32,000 nucleotides of DNA, taken from positions 74,773 to 106,772 of the forward strand of contig JBMYVL010000001.1 in the NCBI GenBank assembly GCA_049606355.1, in the 5' to 3' direction. Origin of the DNA: Opitutales bacterium (GTDB taxonomy: Bacteria; Verrucomicrobiota; Verrucomicrobiia; Opitutales; Coraliomargaritaceae). The notes under the pieces are model-generated. The model was not told the origin of the DNA. It saw nothing but the letters and a program-made list of their open reading frames with translations, and searched no databases. Position numbers and translations under genes: made by a program. Numbering within the stretch: the stretch's first letter is position 1; the number at the start of each line of letters is the position of its first letter. This document shows, piece after piece, positions 9,894 through 18,340 of this stretch.

Positions 9894-10397
9894 TTACAAA
9901 ATCACCACTTGCAACTGCGATTCGCGGGAGGCCCAAGCGCAAGCCAGCTCATTAATCCAATCACGCACGCGCTGGTATTGCGTTTCCCGCGCGGCCGTCC
10001 AGCGACGCCCTTCGGGGCAAATCGCTTCGCGCAAACCCGTTACTAGAAGTAACGCCGCACGACGCCCTGCGAGTTTTTTCATTTCCGCAACAATGGCTTG
10101 GCGTATCCACAAGGGACTGCTGGCTTCGCCGCTCGGCACATGCCAATGACTGTACGCCAAATCACTCAAAGCAGATTCGCCCAGATGGAGCCGCGCCAAT
10201 ATCGCCGCGCCAGCCTGTAATGAGACCTTACTCCCTGCCTGGCGCCCCTCTTCGTGATCATAAAAATCCAGTGCCCGACGTGCATGTTCCGCCTGCTCAG
10301 GGTCCGAAGCGCCGACCCGTGCAAATAGCTCATTTAGACTGCGTAATTGCTCAAGCGGATTCGGTTTGGCCATTCTCAGTCGAGTCTTTGAGGGCAT
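9894..10397 (-). CDS. Hypothetical protein, no recognisable family (alternative start 10373)
   Basis: 159-167 aa ORF filling the gap between nrdR and the HIT gene on the same strand, predicted mostly helical. The only in-frame starts (10397, 10373) both overlap the nrdR 3' end. Confidence 0.5.
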   Translation of the reverse strand: MPSKTRLRMAKPNPLEQLRSLNELFARVGASDPEQAEHARRALDFYDHEEGRQAGSKVSLQAGAAILARLHLGESALSDLAYSHWHVPSGEASSPLWIRQAIVAEMKKLAGRRAALLLVTGLREAICPEGRRWTAARETQYQRVRDWINELACAWASRESQLQVVIL

Positions 10398-10830
10398 TCA
10401 CTTCCTGCGCCAACGCAGAGATATCACGGAAGTCTTTGTACACCGAGGCATAGCGAACATAGGCAATCTGGTCCAAATGCTTGAGTCGGCTCATGATTTG
10501 TTCCCCAATCGCTTTGGAGGGGATCTCGTGGTCAAACTCCTTCTCCAGCGCCGCGAGGACATCCGCTATAAGCATCTCAATCTGCATGACATCGATCGGT
10601 CGCTTCTCCACCGCCTTCTTCAATCCGCCGAGCATCTTACCGCGATCAAAATCTTCGCGGCGACCATCGCGCTTGACCACCTGTAAGTCCGCTCGCAGCA
10701 CTTCCTCAATCGTGGTAAAACGATGCCCGCACTCCAGGCACTCCCGACGCCGCCGGATGGACGTTTCATTTTTACTCGTACGAGTGTCCAACACCTTGGT
10801 ATCGGCCGATGTGCATTTGGGGCAGCGCAT
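10351..10830 (-). CDS. nrdR: Transcriptional repressor NrdR (zinc ribbon + ATP-cone)
   Basis: The ATG at 10830 gives [17 protein letters not shown]...[17 protein letters not shown], the CxxC...CxxC zinc ribbon. An ATP-cone follows ([16 protein letters not shown]...[12 protein letters not shown]). Confidence 0.9.
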   Translation of the reverse strand: MRCPKCTSADTKVLDTRTSKNETSIRRRRECLECGHRFTTIEEVLRADLQVVKRDGRREDFDRGKMLGGLKKAVEKRPIDVMQIEMLIADVLAALEKEFDHEIPSKAIGEQIMSRLKHLDQIAYVRYASVYKDFRDISALAQEVNALKDSTENGQTESA

Positions 10831-10968
10831 AGTTGAAGAAAGGAAATTAGCGACGTACGCAGATGAATTACGTCTGCCACATACTAAATACAGCAAAACA
10901 ACGCGCGCAACCCCTATATTTAGTGAATCCGCTCAAGCGAATCCATATCTAGCGGCATGGTTGGGCCG

Positions 10969-11532
10969 CTAGAGCTTTAGGAAATTTTCCAGCAGACGCA
11001 TGCCATCCTGGGTCGCGATCGATTCGGGGTGAAACTGTACCCCCCATACGGGCAAGTTTTTGTGGGCGAGCCCCATAATCTCCCCCTCCTGAGTCTCCGC
11101 AGTTACTTGTAAACAGTCCGGCAAGCTCTCCCGCTCGACCAGCAGTGAATGATAGCGCGTGGCCTCCATCGGGTTCGGCAGGCCCTTAAACAGGTCGGTA
11201 TTTTGATGTCTTACGGGGCTGGTCTTACCATGCATCAGACGACTGGCTGGCACCACCTTCCCGCCGAAATGCTGCCCAATACTCTGATGCCCTAAACAAA
11301 CCCCCAAAAGCGGGATTTTACCGGCAAAGGCAGCGATCATCTCTAGACTGACGCCGGCTTCATTGGGCGAACAGGGCCCCGGTGAGATCATGATTCGATC
11401 GGGCTTGAGCGCGCGCGCTTGGTCGACGGTAATCGCATCGTTACGGTAGACCTGTTGCGCCACTCCGAGTTGACCAAAATACTGTACCAAATTGTAGGTA
11501 AAAGAGTCGTAGTTATCGATGACCAGTAGCAT
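10969..11532 (-). CDS. trpG: Anthranilate / aminodeoxychorismate synthase glutamine amidotransferase component (TrpG/PabA)
   Basis: 187 aa class-I GATase with [18 protein letters not shown], catalytic GVCLGHQ and FHPES. Confidence 0.85.
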   Translation of the reverse strand: MLLVIDNYDSFTYNLVQYFGQLGVAQQVYRNDAITVDQARALKPDRIMISPGPCSPNEAGVSLEMIAAFAGKIPLLGVCLGHQSIGQHFGGKVVPASRLMHGKTSPVRHQNTDLFKGLPNPMEATRYHSLLVERESLPDCLQVTAETQEGEIMGLAHKNLPVWGVQFHPESIATQDGMRLLENFLKL

Positions 11533-11549
11533 AGCGTCTCTTTAAGTTC

Positions 11550-12779
11550 TCAGCTTTCGGCGCCACCGAGTAAGCGCGCGGCTTCTTGGACATCCTTATC
11601 ACCGCGTCCACTGAGATTTCCGATAATGATTTGATCAGCGGGCAACTCGCGCGCCCGCCGCATGGTATAAGCGATGCCATGCGCAGATTCCAAGGCCGGC
11701 ACAATCCCTTCAACCGCGCAGAGATCCTGAAAGGCCTGTAGCGCCTCGGCATCGGTCGCGTAGCCGAAATCAATCCGCCCCTGCTCCTTGTAGTACGCAT
11801 GTTCCGGCCCGACCGCGGCATAATCAAGCCCTGCGGAGACCGAGTGCGTCAGGTCAATTTGACCCTCTGCATCCTGCAAGATCCAGGTCTTGGCGCCTTG
11901 CAAAACACCGAGGCGCCCACCGGCAAAGCGTGCCGCATGGTGCCCGCGGGTAATTTCGCGTCCTCCCGCCTCGACGCCGGTCAGGCGCACGTTCAGATCC
12001 TTCAAGAAGGCGAAGAAAATACCAATTGCATTGGAGCCGCCACCCACACAGGCCGCCACTTCATCGGGTAGGCGCCCTTCCTTCTCGAGAATCTGACGTT
12101 TGCACTCTTCACCGATCACACGGTGAAAATCCCGTACCATCATCGGAAATGGGTGCGCGCCGAGCGCGGAGCCAATAATATAGTGCGTGTGGCGCACATT
12201 GGTGACCCAGTCACGCATCGCCTCATTGACCGCCTCCTTAAGCGTTTTTTGCCCGGCGGACACGCCACGCACTTCAGCGCCACACAGGCGCATGCGAAAA
12301 ACATTGAGCGCTTGGCGGCGCATGTCCTCTTCGCCCATATAAATTACGCATTCAAAACCCATCTTGGCGCACATTGCCGCCGTCGCGATGCCGTGCTGCC
12401 CCGCCCCAGTTTCGGCAATAATACGCGTCTTTCCCATGCGCTTGGCGATTAACGCCTGGCCCAGCGCATTGTTGATTTTGTGGGCCCCCGTGTGAAGTAA
12501 GTCTTCGCGCTTCAGATAAATCTTCGCGCCACCACAGTGCTCAGTCAGGCGTTCCGCAAAGTAAAGATTCGTGGGGCGGCCGGCGAATTCCCGGAGTTGA
12601 AAATCGAGCTCTTGCTGAAATTGTGGATCTTTGCGCGCGGCATGGTACGCCTCGGTCAGTTCGAACAGCGGCGTCATCAAAGTCTCCGGAACATACATGC
12701 CCCCATAGTCACCGAAATGCCCACGGGCATCCGGCAGCTCGGTCGGATCAACTGCAAGTTTAGGTCGTGCGCTGTGCAT
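11550..12779 (-). CDS. trpB: Tryptophan synthase beta chain
   Basis: The ATG at 12779 gives ...[16 protein letters not shown]. The PLP lysine context is HTGAHKINN, with GGGSNAIG also present. The ORF-track extension to 13004 overlaps kdsB and has no TrpB similarity. Confidence 0.9.
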   Translation of the reverse strand: MHSARPKLAVDPTELPDARGHFGDYGGMYVPETLMTPLFELTEAYHAARKDPQFQQELDFQLREFAGRPTNLYFAERLTEHCGGAKIYLKREDLLHTGAHKINNALGQALIAKRMGKTRIIAETGAGQHGIATAAMCAKMGFECVIYMGEEDMRRQALNVFRMRLCGAEVRGVSAGQKTLKEAVNEAMRDWVTNVRHTHYIIGSALGAHPFPMMVRDFHRVIGEECKRQILEKEGRLPDEVAACVGGGSNAIGIFFAFLKDLNVRLTGVEAGGREITRGHHAARFAGGRLGVLQGAKTWILQDAEGQIDLTHSVSAGLDYAAVGPEHAYYKEQGRIDFGYATDAEALQAFQDLCAVEGIVPALESAHGIAYTMRRARELPADQIIIGNLSGRGDKDVQEAARLLGGAES

Positions 12780-12810
12780 GGGTGAATACGGTTGCCGGAA
12801 AGCAGCTTTG

Positions 12811-13560
12811 TCAAGCAGGCAGCGCAGCTTCGAATGCGGCAATATCCTCAGGAGTATCGATACCGACGGTCGGCTGCTCGGTGATGCCGACGTGAATTTT
12901 ATAACCATGCTCAAGGGCACGCAACTGCTCGAGTTTCTCGATTCGCTCGTAAAGACCAGGCTCAAGCTCCGCAAAGGCCGAGAGAAACTCCGCATCGTAG
13001 GCATATAAGCCGAGGTGGCGATAGCAGGGATGCGCGCTCAGCCAGGCGGCATCGATGACTCCACCCGCGTCACGCGCGCTCGGAATGGGCGCACGCGAAA
13101 AGTATAAGGCATAGCCGCGACGGTCGCGGACGACTTTGACTTGGTTGGGGTTGGCAAAATCTGCTGCCGATTTAAATGGAATCGCGAGGGTCGACAGCGC
13201 GGCTTCACCGTTTAGACCTGCCGCCAAAGCACGGATCTGCGCACCCGTCACCAGCGGTTCGTCGCCTTGCACATTAATCACTGCAGCAGCGCCAATCTCA
13301 CGGTTGGCCTCCGCGAGTCGGTCGGTACCACTGGGATGGTCGGGGCGTGTTCGCACTGCAGCGTAGCCTGCGGATTCAAGACAGTTTGCCAGCTCAGCAT
13401 CATCCACCGCAAAATAGAGCGGAAACTCGGGGGCCTCGGCTCGGATACGTTCGGCTGTCCACACAAGGATTGGTTTGCCCTGCACTTCATGAAGTAACTT
13501 TCGGGGAAAACGAGTCGAAGCGAGACGAGCCGGAACAATTATACAGGGTGATTTTGACAT
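12811..13560 (-). CDS. kdsB: 3-deoxy-manno-octulosonate cytidylyltransferase (CMP-Kdo synthetase)
   Basis: [23 protein letters not shown] matches the KdsB N-terminal signature (IIPAR.aStRlpgKpL). [10 protein letters not shown] is also present. Upstream in-frame ATGs run to 13578, so the start is uncertain by 6 codons. Confidence 0.85.
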   Translation of the reverse strand: MSKSPCIIVPARLASTRFPRKLLHEVQGKPILVWTAERIRAEAPEFPLYFAVDDAELANCLESAGYAAVRTRPDHPSGTDRLAEANREIGAAAVINVQGDEPLVTGAQIRALAAGLNGEAALSTLAIPFKSAADFANPNQVKVVRDRRGYALYFSRAPIPSARDAGGVIDAAWLSAHPCYRHLGLYAYDAEFLSAFAELEPGLYERIEKLEQLRALEHGYKIHVGITEQPTVGIDTPEDIAAFEAALPA

Positions 13561-13590
13561 ATCCGTCTTCATCATCATGAAAGTTGCGCA

Positions 13591-13908
13591 ATGAACAAGG
13601 AAATCAGTGTCAATGAAGCCGCAAAATTAATGCAGGAGGATGAAGTGGCGTTTCTCGATGTGCGCGAACATGCGGAGGTGGCGATTTGTAAGATTAACGG
13701 GGCCTTACATATTCCGATGGCCGAAATTCCTGAACGGATCGAGTCCATGCCTCGCGATCGAAAACTCATTGTCTACTGCCACCATGGCATGCGTAGTCGC
13801 AGTGTAGTGGACTATCTGTGCGCAAAGGGGCTGGAGAACGTGATTAATATGACTGGCGGAATCCATACCTGGTCGCTCGAAGTTGATCCGCAGATGGCAC
13901 AGTATTAG
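13591..13908 (+). CDS. Single-domain rhodanese-like sulfurtransferase
   Basis: 105 aa with active-site loop [11 protein letters not shown] (CxxGxR) and the upstream FLDVRE motif. Confidence 0.8.
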   Translation: MNKEISVNEAAKLMQEDEVAFLDVREHAEVAICKINGALHIPMAEIPERIESMPRDRKLIVYCHHGMRSRSVVDYLCAKGLENVINMTGGIHTWSLEVDPQMAQY

Positions 13909-13937
13909 TTCGTGGCTACAGCTGACACAGCCAGCGC

Positions 13938-14837
13938 TTAAAAGCTTTCGAGGGCTGAGGTTGGCAAGGGCTGCAAAACTCCGCGAAAAGGCACTTGTTG
14001 CGGCGGCGCTGGGGCATATTCGATCCGAATGGGTCGAACCTCGTCCTGCAACGCATCCACAGCAGGCAATGGCGCCACTGCGGGCGCCCGCCGTCGCAAA
14101 ATCCGCTGCATGCGCGATTCGATCGCCTGCTGCTGCGCCGCAGTCCAGTTCGCCGTCTTCATTCGCGCGGTGAATTCAATTATGGGCTCCTTCATTGCAG
14201 CCGTGGCATCGGAGAGCTCGATCGACGGCGCCTTAGCAAAACCGACTCCAGACAAGCGCTGCCCAGGAGTCACTTGGTAGCTGCGGCCACTAGCGTGGCG
14301 GAGGCTGAGCACCCCTTCACTGCATACGAAGATAAAATTATAATGCTGGTTCTTAGAATTGTAATTTATCTGCAGACTGACCAAGCCTTGCGTCACGGAC
14401 ACGCGTCCTAATGCTGTTTCAATAATTATTTCGGACCCCTGCGCCTGCTCACGATTGTCCAGAATCAGCAGCCCCTCAAGGAGGTTGCCAATCATATAGC
14501 TCCGATCGTTCGTGCCCGAAGCAGCACTACGGAACTGGTCGAAGCGCTCGATCGAAAACTGCCCGGCACCTGCAAAGTATCCGGCTACCGCGTTGGAGGC
14601 GCGTAGGTATATTGATTGGCCGCCCTGATCCGCAATCAGCTTGACCAAACCCGAGGTGTAGACCGGGGCAGCCGCCACATCCAGACGCTGCCCGCCCAGC
14701 AACTCTACAGCCATGCCTCCCGTCGAATCACTCAAGCAGAGCGCTCCTTGCCACCAGTCGTCAACCGCCCATCCGGATGGCGCAACGCCAACAAAAAGTA
14801 GTAGCGCGATCATCGGCTTCATCAGGTACACCTTCAT
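13938..14837 (-). CDS. Secreted hypothetical protein, possibly FecR-domain-like beta-sandwich with a Pro-rich C-terminal tail
   Basis: It has a signal peptide (MKPMIALLLFVGVAPSGWA). The central segment IIIETALGRVSVTQGLVSLQIN...VCSEGVLSLRHASGRSYQVTPGQRL resembles the FecR-domain pattern. Its ATG overlaps the upstream stop as ATGA (14834-14837). Confidence 0.55.
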   Translation of the reverse strand: MKVYLMKPMIALLLFVGVAPSGWAVDDWWQGALCLSDSTGGMAVELLGGQRLDVAAAPVYTSGLVKLIADQGGQSIYLRASNAVAGYFAGAGQFSIERFDQFRSAASGTNDRSYMIGNLLEGLLILDNREQAQGSEIIIETALGRVSVTQGLVSLQINYNSKNQHYNFIFVCSEGVLSLRHASGRSYQVTPGQRLSGVGFAKAPSIELSDATAAMKEPIIEFTARMKTANWTAAQQQAIESRMQRILRRRAPAVAPLPAVDALQDEVRPIRIEYAPAPPQQVPFRGVLQPLPTSALESF

Positions 14838-16786
14838 AACATCAACAGTTTTTGCTGCAAGCGGCGTGCGGCCGCGTTTTGGGGGTTGATATCCAAGGCG
14901 CGCTGCACCGCGGTGATCGCTTCATCTCGACGCTCAGGGAAATGACTCATGAAAGCGGCCCATTGAAAATTTGCGTTGCTATTATTGGGGGCGAGTTCGA
15001 CTGCCTTATTGAAGGCGTCCTCGGCAGCTTCAATCTCGCCACACAAGGCCTGCGCCACACCTAACTGGGCCCAAGCACGCCAATAGTGCTCGCCCAGTTG
15101 AGTGGCACGCGCTGCATAGCGCGTCGCCGCCTCGCCGATTTCTCGAGTCTGCGCGGGGGATTGATGTACCTTTAAGCTGTGCGCAACACTCAAACCAATC
15201 CAAGCATCTGCATTCTTGGGAGCCAACTGAGTCGCCCAGCTAAACTCTGTCAGGACTGACTCCAGCAAGGCTTGATTTCCGGAAATATGCGCTTGCTCCG
15301 CCACCAGTTGATCCAGGCGCTCTGCAGCGATCGATTCCAGTGCTTGCGACTCTAGTACAGTCCAGCTGCAGAGAGTAAAACTCAGACCGGCAAATAAACC
15401 GATCCCTGCATATGAAAATCGCATGCCGCGATGCTCTGGTAGACTGAGGCTGCGCGGGTAAGTCAGCTTGACTAAAATTGCGATAAAGAATGCCCCGTAT
15501 AGAATCAACAACGGTGCGGTAGCCACAGCACACAGCATTCCACAAAGGAAAAAGACGATGCTACCGGATAGCCCGACGGACAAAAACAAGCGGTTCAATG
15601 GCATCACCTCACTGCGATGCCCCTTTAATCGATAACGTACCGGCTCGTTGCGAGCCCTTCGCAAGGCTTGTTTTACGATCCGATACAGTGGCACGAAAAG
15701 AAGGGCACTCCCGAACAAACCGTATTCAACCAATATTTGCAGGAAGTCGCTTTGCGGCGTCTCGACTTTCTGGGACAAGGCGAGGCGCGGGCTTTGCTCG
15801 AGTGCCACAGCAACGCTCCCTGCGCCCGTACCGCCGACCGGGTTAGCGGCAGCCAATTGCAACGATTCCTTCCACAAGGTCAGTTGAGAACTTAGGCCGC
15901 CATTGACAAAAGCGGCATCCCATCGCTCTGAAAAGCGCGGCGTGAAGAGGGCAAACAGGGAGGCCGTGCCGATTAGCACGACCGTCAAACTTAAGACCCA
16001 ATACATACGCGACTTCGTACTCAAGAAACAGAGCCGCGCCGTTAAGATAAAAATAGGGAGACACAACAAAATGCCCCAGAGGACCTGTGTCAGCAGTATA
16101 CCCAACACGAACATCAACGCCAAGTACCCGGCAAGAACCCGCAAAACAAGCGGCAACCGTGGAACTGCCGCGACAATCGCCAAGCCCGGCAGCAAGCTTA
16201 ATAAATAAACAGCTAAATGACTTGGCGCTGCAAATAACCCGGTTGCGCGCCCATGGTAGACTTCACTGAGCATCACAGCAGCCTTTCCTCGCACATCAAC
16301 AAACACTGTGGGATCCTGAAAAAACTGCCCAAAGCCTACAGCGAGTGCAACAACCGCCGGCACCAGCACGGCAAGCAGTAAGCACAGGAGGTGCGCTCGT
16401 GTGCGCACATTGTTGACCGCGACCCACAGAAAGATGAATCCCTCCAGTGCATACACCACCGCGGACCAGCCGCGCCACTCCGCAGGGCTCCATAACCACG
16501 CACTCAGCGCGATCCATGCAATCAATGGCAGGAACCACAGTGGCGCCCGAATGAGCTGCGGGAGGCATTCACGATTCACCGCCAGCCATAAGCCGTGGAG
16601 CAACAAAAGCACTCCGAAAAGTGGCAACACGAACAGGTGAGAATCCGCACGCACCCCACCGAGCGACAGTGCCATTTGAATCACGATGGCTGCAAGGCAG
16701 AAGGTTACCAGCCAATCGACTAGGTTCGCCCAAGAGACGCGTCCATAGTAGGCGATACTACCTGATTTATCAATGAGGGGTGCCAT
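14834..16786 (-). CDS. O-antigen ligase/polymerase-like (Wzy_C) polytopic membrane protein with C-terminal TPR domain
   Basis: 650 aa with about 11-12 hydrophobic helices. The Wzy_C-type loop is GTGAGSVAVALEQ...PQSDFLQILVEYGLFG (compare H-N-x-x-L-x-x-x-x-E-x-G-x-x-G). The last ~170 aa are TPR-like (AWIGLSVAHSL, AWAQLGVAQALCGEIEAAEDAFNKAVELAPNN). Confidence 0.75.
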   Translation of the reverse strand: MAPLIDKSGSIAYYGRVSWANLVDWLVTFCLAAIVIQMALSLGGVRADSHLFVLPLFGVLLLLHGLWLAVNRECLPQLIRAPLWFLPLIAWIALSAWLWSPAEWRGWSAVVYALEGFIFLWVAVNNVRTRAHLLCLLLAVLVPAVVALAVGFGQFFQDPTVFVDVRGKAAVMLSEVYHGRATGLFAAPSHLAVYLLSLLPGLAIVAAVPRLPLVLRVLAGYLALMFVLGILLTQVLWGILLCLPIFILTARLCFLSTKSRMYWVLSLTVVLIGTASLFALFTPRFSERWDAAFVNGGLSSQLTLWKESLQLAAANPVGGTGAGSVAVALEQSPRLALSQKVETPQSDFLQILVEYGLFGSALLFVPLYRIVKQALRRARNEPVRYRLKGHRSEVMPLNRLFLSVGLSGSIVFFLCGMLCAVATAPLLILYGAFFIAILVKLTYPRSLSLPEHRGMRFSYAGIGLFAGLSFTLCSWTVLESQALESIAAERLDQLVAEQAHISGNQALLESVLTEFSWATQLAPKNADAWIGLSVAHSLKVHQSPAQTREIGEAATRYAARATQLGEHYWRAWAQLGVAQALCGEIEAAEDAFNKAVELAPNNSNANFQWAAFMSHFPERRDEAITAVQRALDINPQNAAARRLQQKLLML

Positions 16787-17006
16787 GGGCTCAGAAAGCG
16801 ATTGAAGCTATCGAAAGTTCTGTAGGGTTACGGAACTTACTGGGGTAAACGATCGAATAAAACACCTAGATACACAGCGGCAAATCGTGTGCAATGAAGA
16901 AAACCCACGGCAGCTCCAGAAATGTATCGAAGTTTATTGATGCACGCGCTGTATCTGTAGCCTTGTCTAAGCTTACGAGCAGCCTGTAGTTTGCCCGCAG
17001 TAATCA

Positions 17007-17705
17007 ATGAAACCATTTATTCTAACCTCCGGTACCCTTGTCCTACTGATTGCATTGGGCCTACGCGGCTACTTTGCGCTCGTGCCTCCGCCAGCGCCAA
17101 CGCTGACTGGTTACCTCGCCGACATTCTTCCGGAGACTCTGGCTGGCTGGAAGATCCAAGATCATGATATGGCCGACTCGCCGGAGTCGAGTGCACGAAT
17201 CTCCGAGTTTCTTAATTTCGACGATGCAATTTTTCGCACCTACCGCTACGGCGACCTTATGGTCGGACTTTATGTCGCCTACTGGAGTCCGGGCAAAGCC
17301 TCCTATCGCTGGGCTGGCGCACACACACCTGATACCTGTTGGGTACAGAATGGCTGGGTTTGCAAGGAGCGTCAGTACAGCATCCCCTTTAATCATAATG
17401 GGGACGCTTTCGATCTCGCTGAGTTTGGCATCTACGAGAAGAACGAAGATCGCCAGCAGGTCTACTTCTGGCATTTGGTTGGGGGTGAATCCTATGGGTA
17501 CAAACAAAACGATGGGCACAACATCTTTGCGGCGCTAATTGATATTCAGCATCACGGACTCGACCTGCGCAAAGAACAGTTTTTTATCCGGCTTTCCAGC
17601 AACACCGACATCGAGACACTCCGAAAGCTACCGGCCTTCACACAAATACTCGATGCCCTCGCCTCACTCGGCTTGAGTAACAAGACGATCGAAGGTGAGC
17701 GTTAA
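17007..17705 (+). CDS. EpsI-family (exosortase-associated) protein, stand-alone form
   Basis: 232 aa with one N-terminal TM anchor. LPETLAGWKIQD...FRTYRYGDLMVGLYVAYWSPGK...AHTPDTCWVQNGW matches, from memory, the EpsI pattern (l..WqG.d...Y....g..v.lyigYw..Qr.g...HsPknClPGaGW). The match is divergent at the C-x-x-x-GW core. Confidence 0.65.
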   Translation: MKPFILTSGTLVLLIALGLRGYFALVPPPAPTLTGYLADILPETLAGWKIQDHDMADSPESSARISEFLNFDDAIFRTYRYGDLMVGLYVAYWSPGKASYRWAGAHTPDTCWVQNGWVCKERQYSIPFNHNGDAFDLAEFGIYEKNEDRQQVYFWHLVGGESYGYKQNDGHNIFAALIDIQHHGLDLRKEQFFIRLSSNTDIETLRKLPAFTQILDALASLGLSNKTIEGER

Positions 17706-18337
17706 GCGATCGGCTGAGCCGGGTTACCAAAAACCCGACTTTCAGGTCGAACCGAGCGCAGCACCACCGATCCGGCACCGACGTAAGCATTCGCTCCAAC
17801 CGATTTCCCCGGCAATAGACGTACCCCTGTGCCTAAAAACGCGCCGGCACTGACCTCGCTACCTCCCGTCAGGTCGCAATGACCGCTCACGGTCGACCAA
17901 GCTCCGATACGCACATCATGTCCCGCACTGCTGTGACAATTCATTAATGCGAACGGTTCAACTACGATATCCGCAGTCAGTGTAACGCGCGGGCAAAGCA
18001 CGACTCCCTGGCCCAAAGTAACATTAGTACCCAGTACCACAGACGGGTGTACCAATGTAATAAACTGCGCCGATTTGGCCATCAACTGTTCGCAAACCTT
18101 ACGCTTAATCGACGGTGTGCCGATTGCGCAGACAAAGACTTCGTCCACATCGGGGGTGTGTGAAGTGATGGAATCAATCACCGCTACAGGATAATCGTAA
18201 GCATCCAGAGCGTTCGGATCATCATCCAAAAAGCCGGCAATCTCCCAAACGACGCCGCAATCGGGATGCTGACTTGCCCACGAAAATACTTCGCGACCAA
18301 ATCCTCCCGCACCGACTATGATTAAACGTTGCATCAC
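17702..18337 (-). CDS. NeuD/PglD/PerB-family left-handed beta-helix sugar N-/O-acyltransferase
   Basis: 211 aa. The N-terminal Rossmann-like segment is LIIVGAGGFGREV. The C-terminal hexapeptide repeats contain a catalytic His context (SSAGHDVRIGAWSTVSGHCDLTGGSEV). Confidence 0.8.
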   Translation of the reverse strand: MMQRLIIVGAGGFGREVFSWASQHPDCGVVWEIAGFLDDDPNALDAYDYPVAVIDSITSHTPDVDEVFVCAIGTPSIKRKVCEQLMAKSAQFITLVHPSVVLGTNVTLGQGVVLCPRVTLTADIVVEPFALMNCHSSAGHDVRIGAWSTVSGHCDLTGGSEVSAGAFLGTGVRLLPGKSVGANAYVGAGSVVLRSVRPESRVFGNPAQPIA

Positions 18338-18340
18338 TGC

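Noticed and set aside
12780-13004. A 75-codon N-terminal extension of the trpB ORF in the six-frame track.
   Set aside because: The extension overlaps the kdsB 3' end by about 190 nt and is Ser/Leu/Arg-rich with no TrpB similarity. Canonical TrpB homology begins just after the ATG at 12779.
14834-16786. Whether the 650-aa polytopic membrane protein next to EpsI is itself the missing exosortase.
   Set aside because: It has the Wzy_C-type G-x-G-x-G-S ... L-x-x-x-x-E-x-G-x-x-G loop. It lacks an exosortase-style Cys motif (ACSG-like) and the usual 8-TM, ~280-aa core. The TPR tail is typical of O-antigen-ligase-like fusions.
16894-16989. A 31-codon ORF (MKKTHGSSRNVSKFIDARAVSVALSKLTSSL) ending 17 nt before epsI.
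   Set aside because: It has no Shine-Dalgarno-like sequence, no hydrophobic or otherwise recognisable peptide character, and lies in a probable promoter region. The sequence alone is insufficient to call it a gene.
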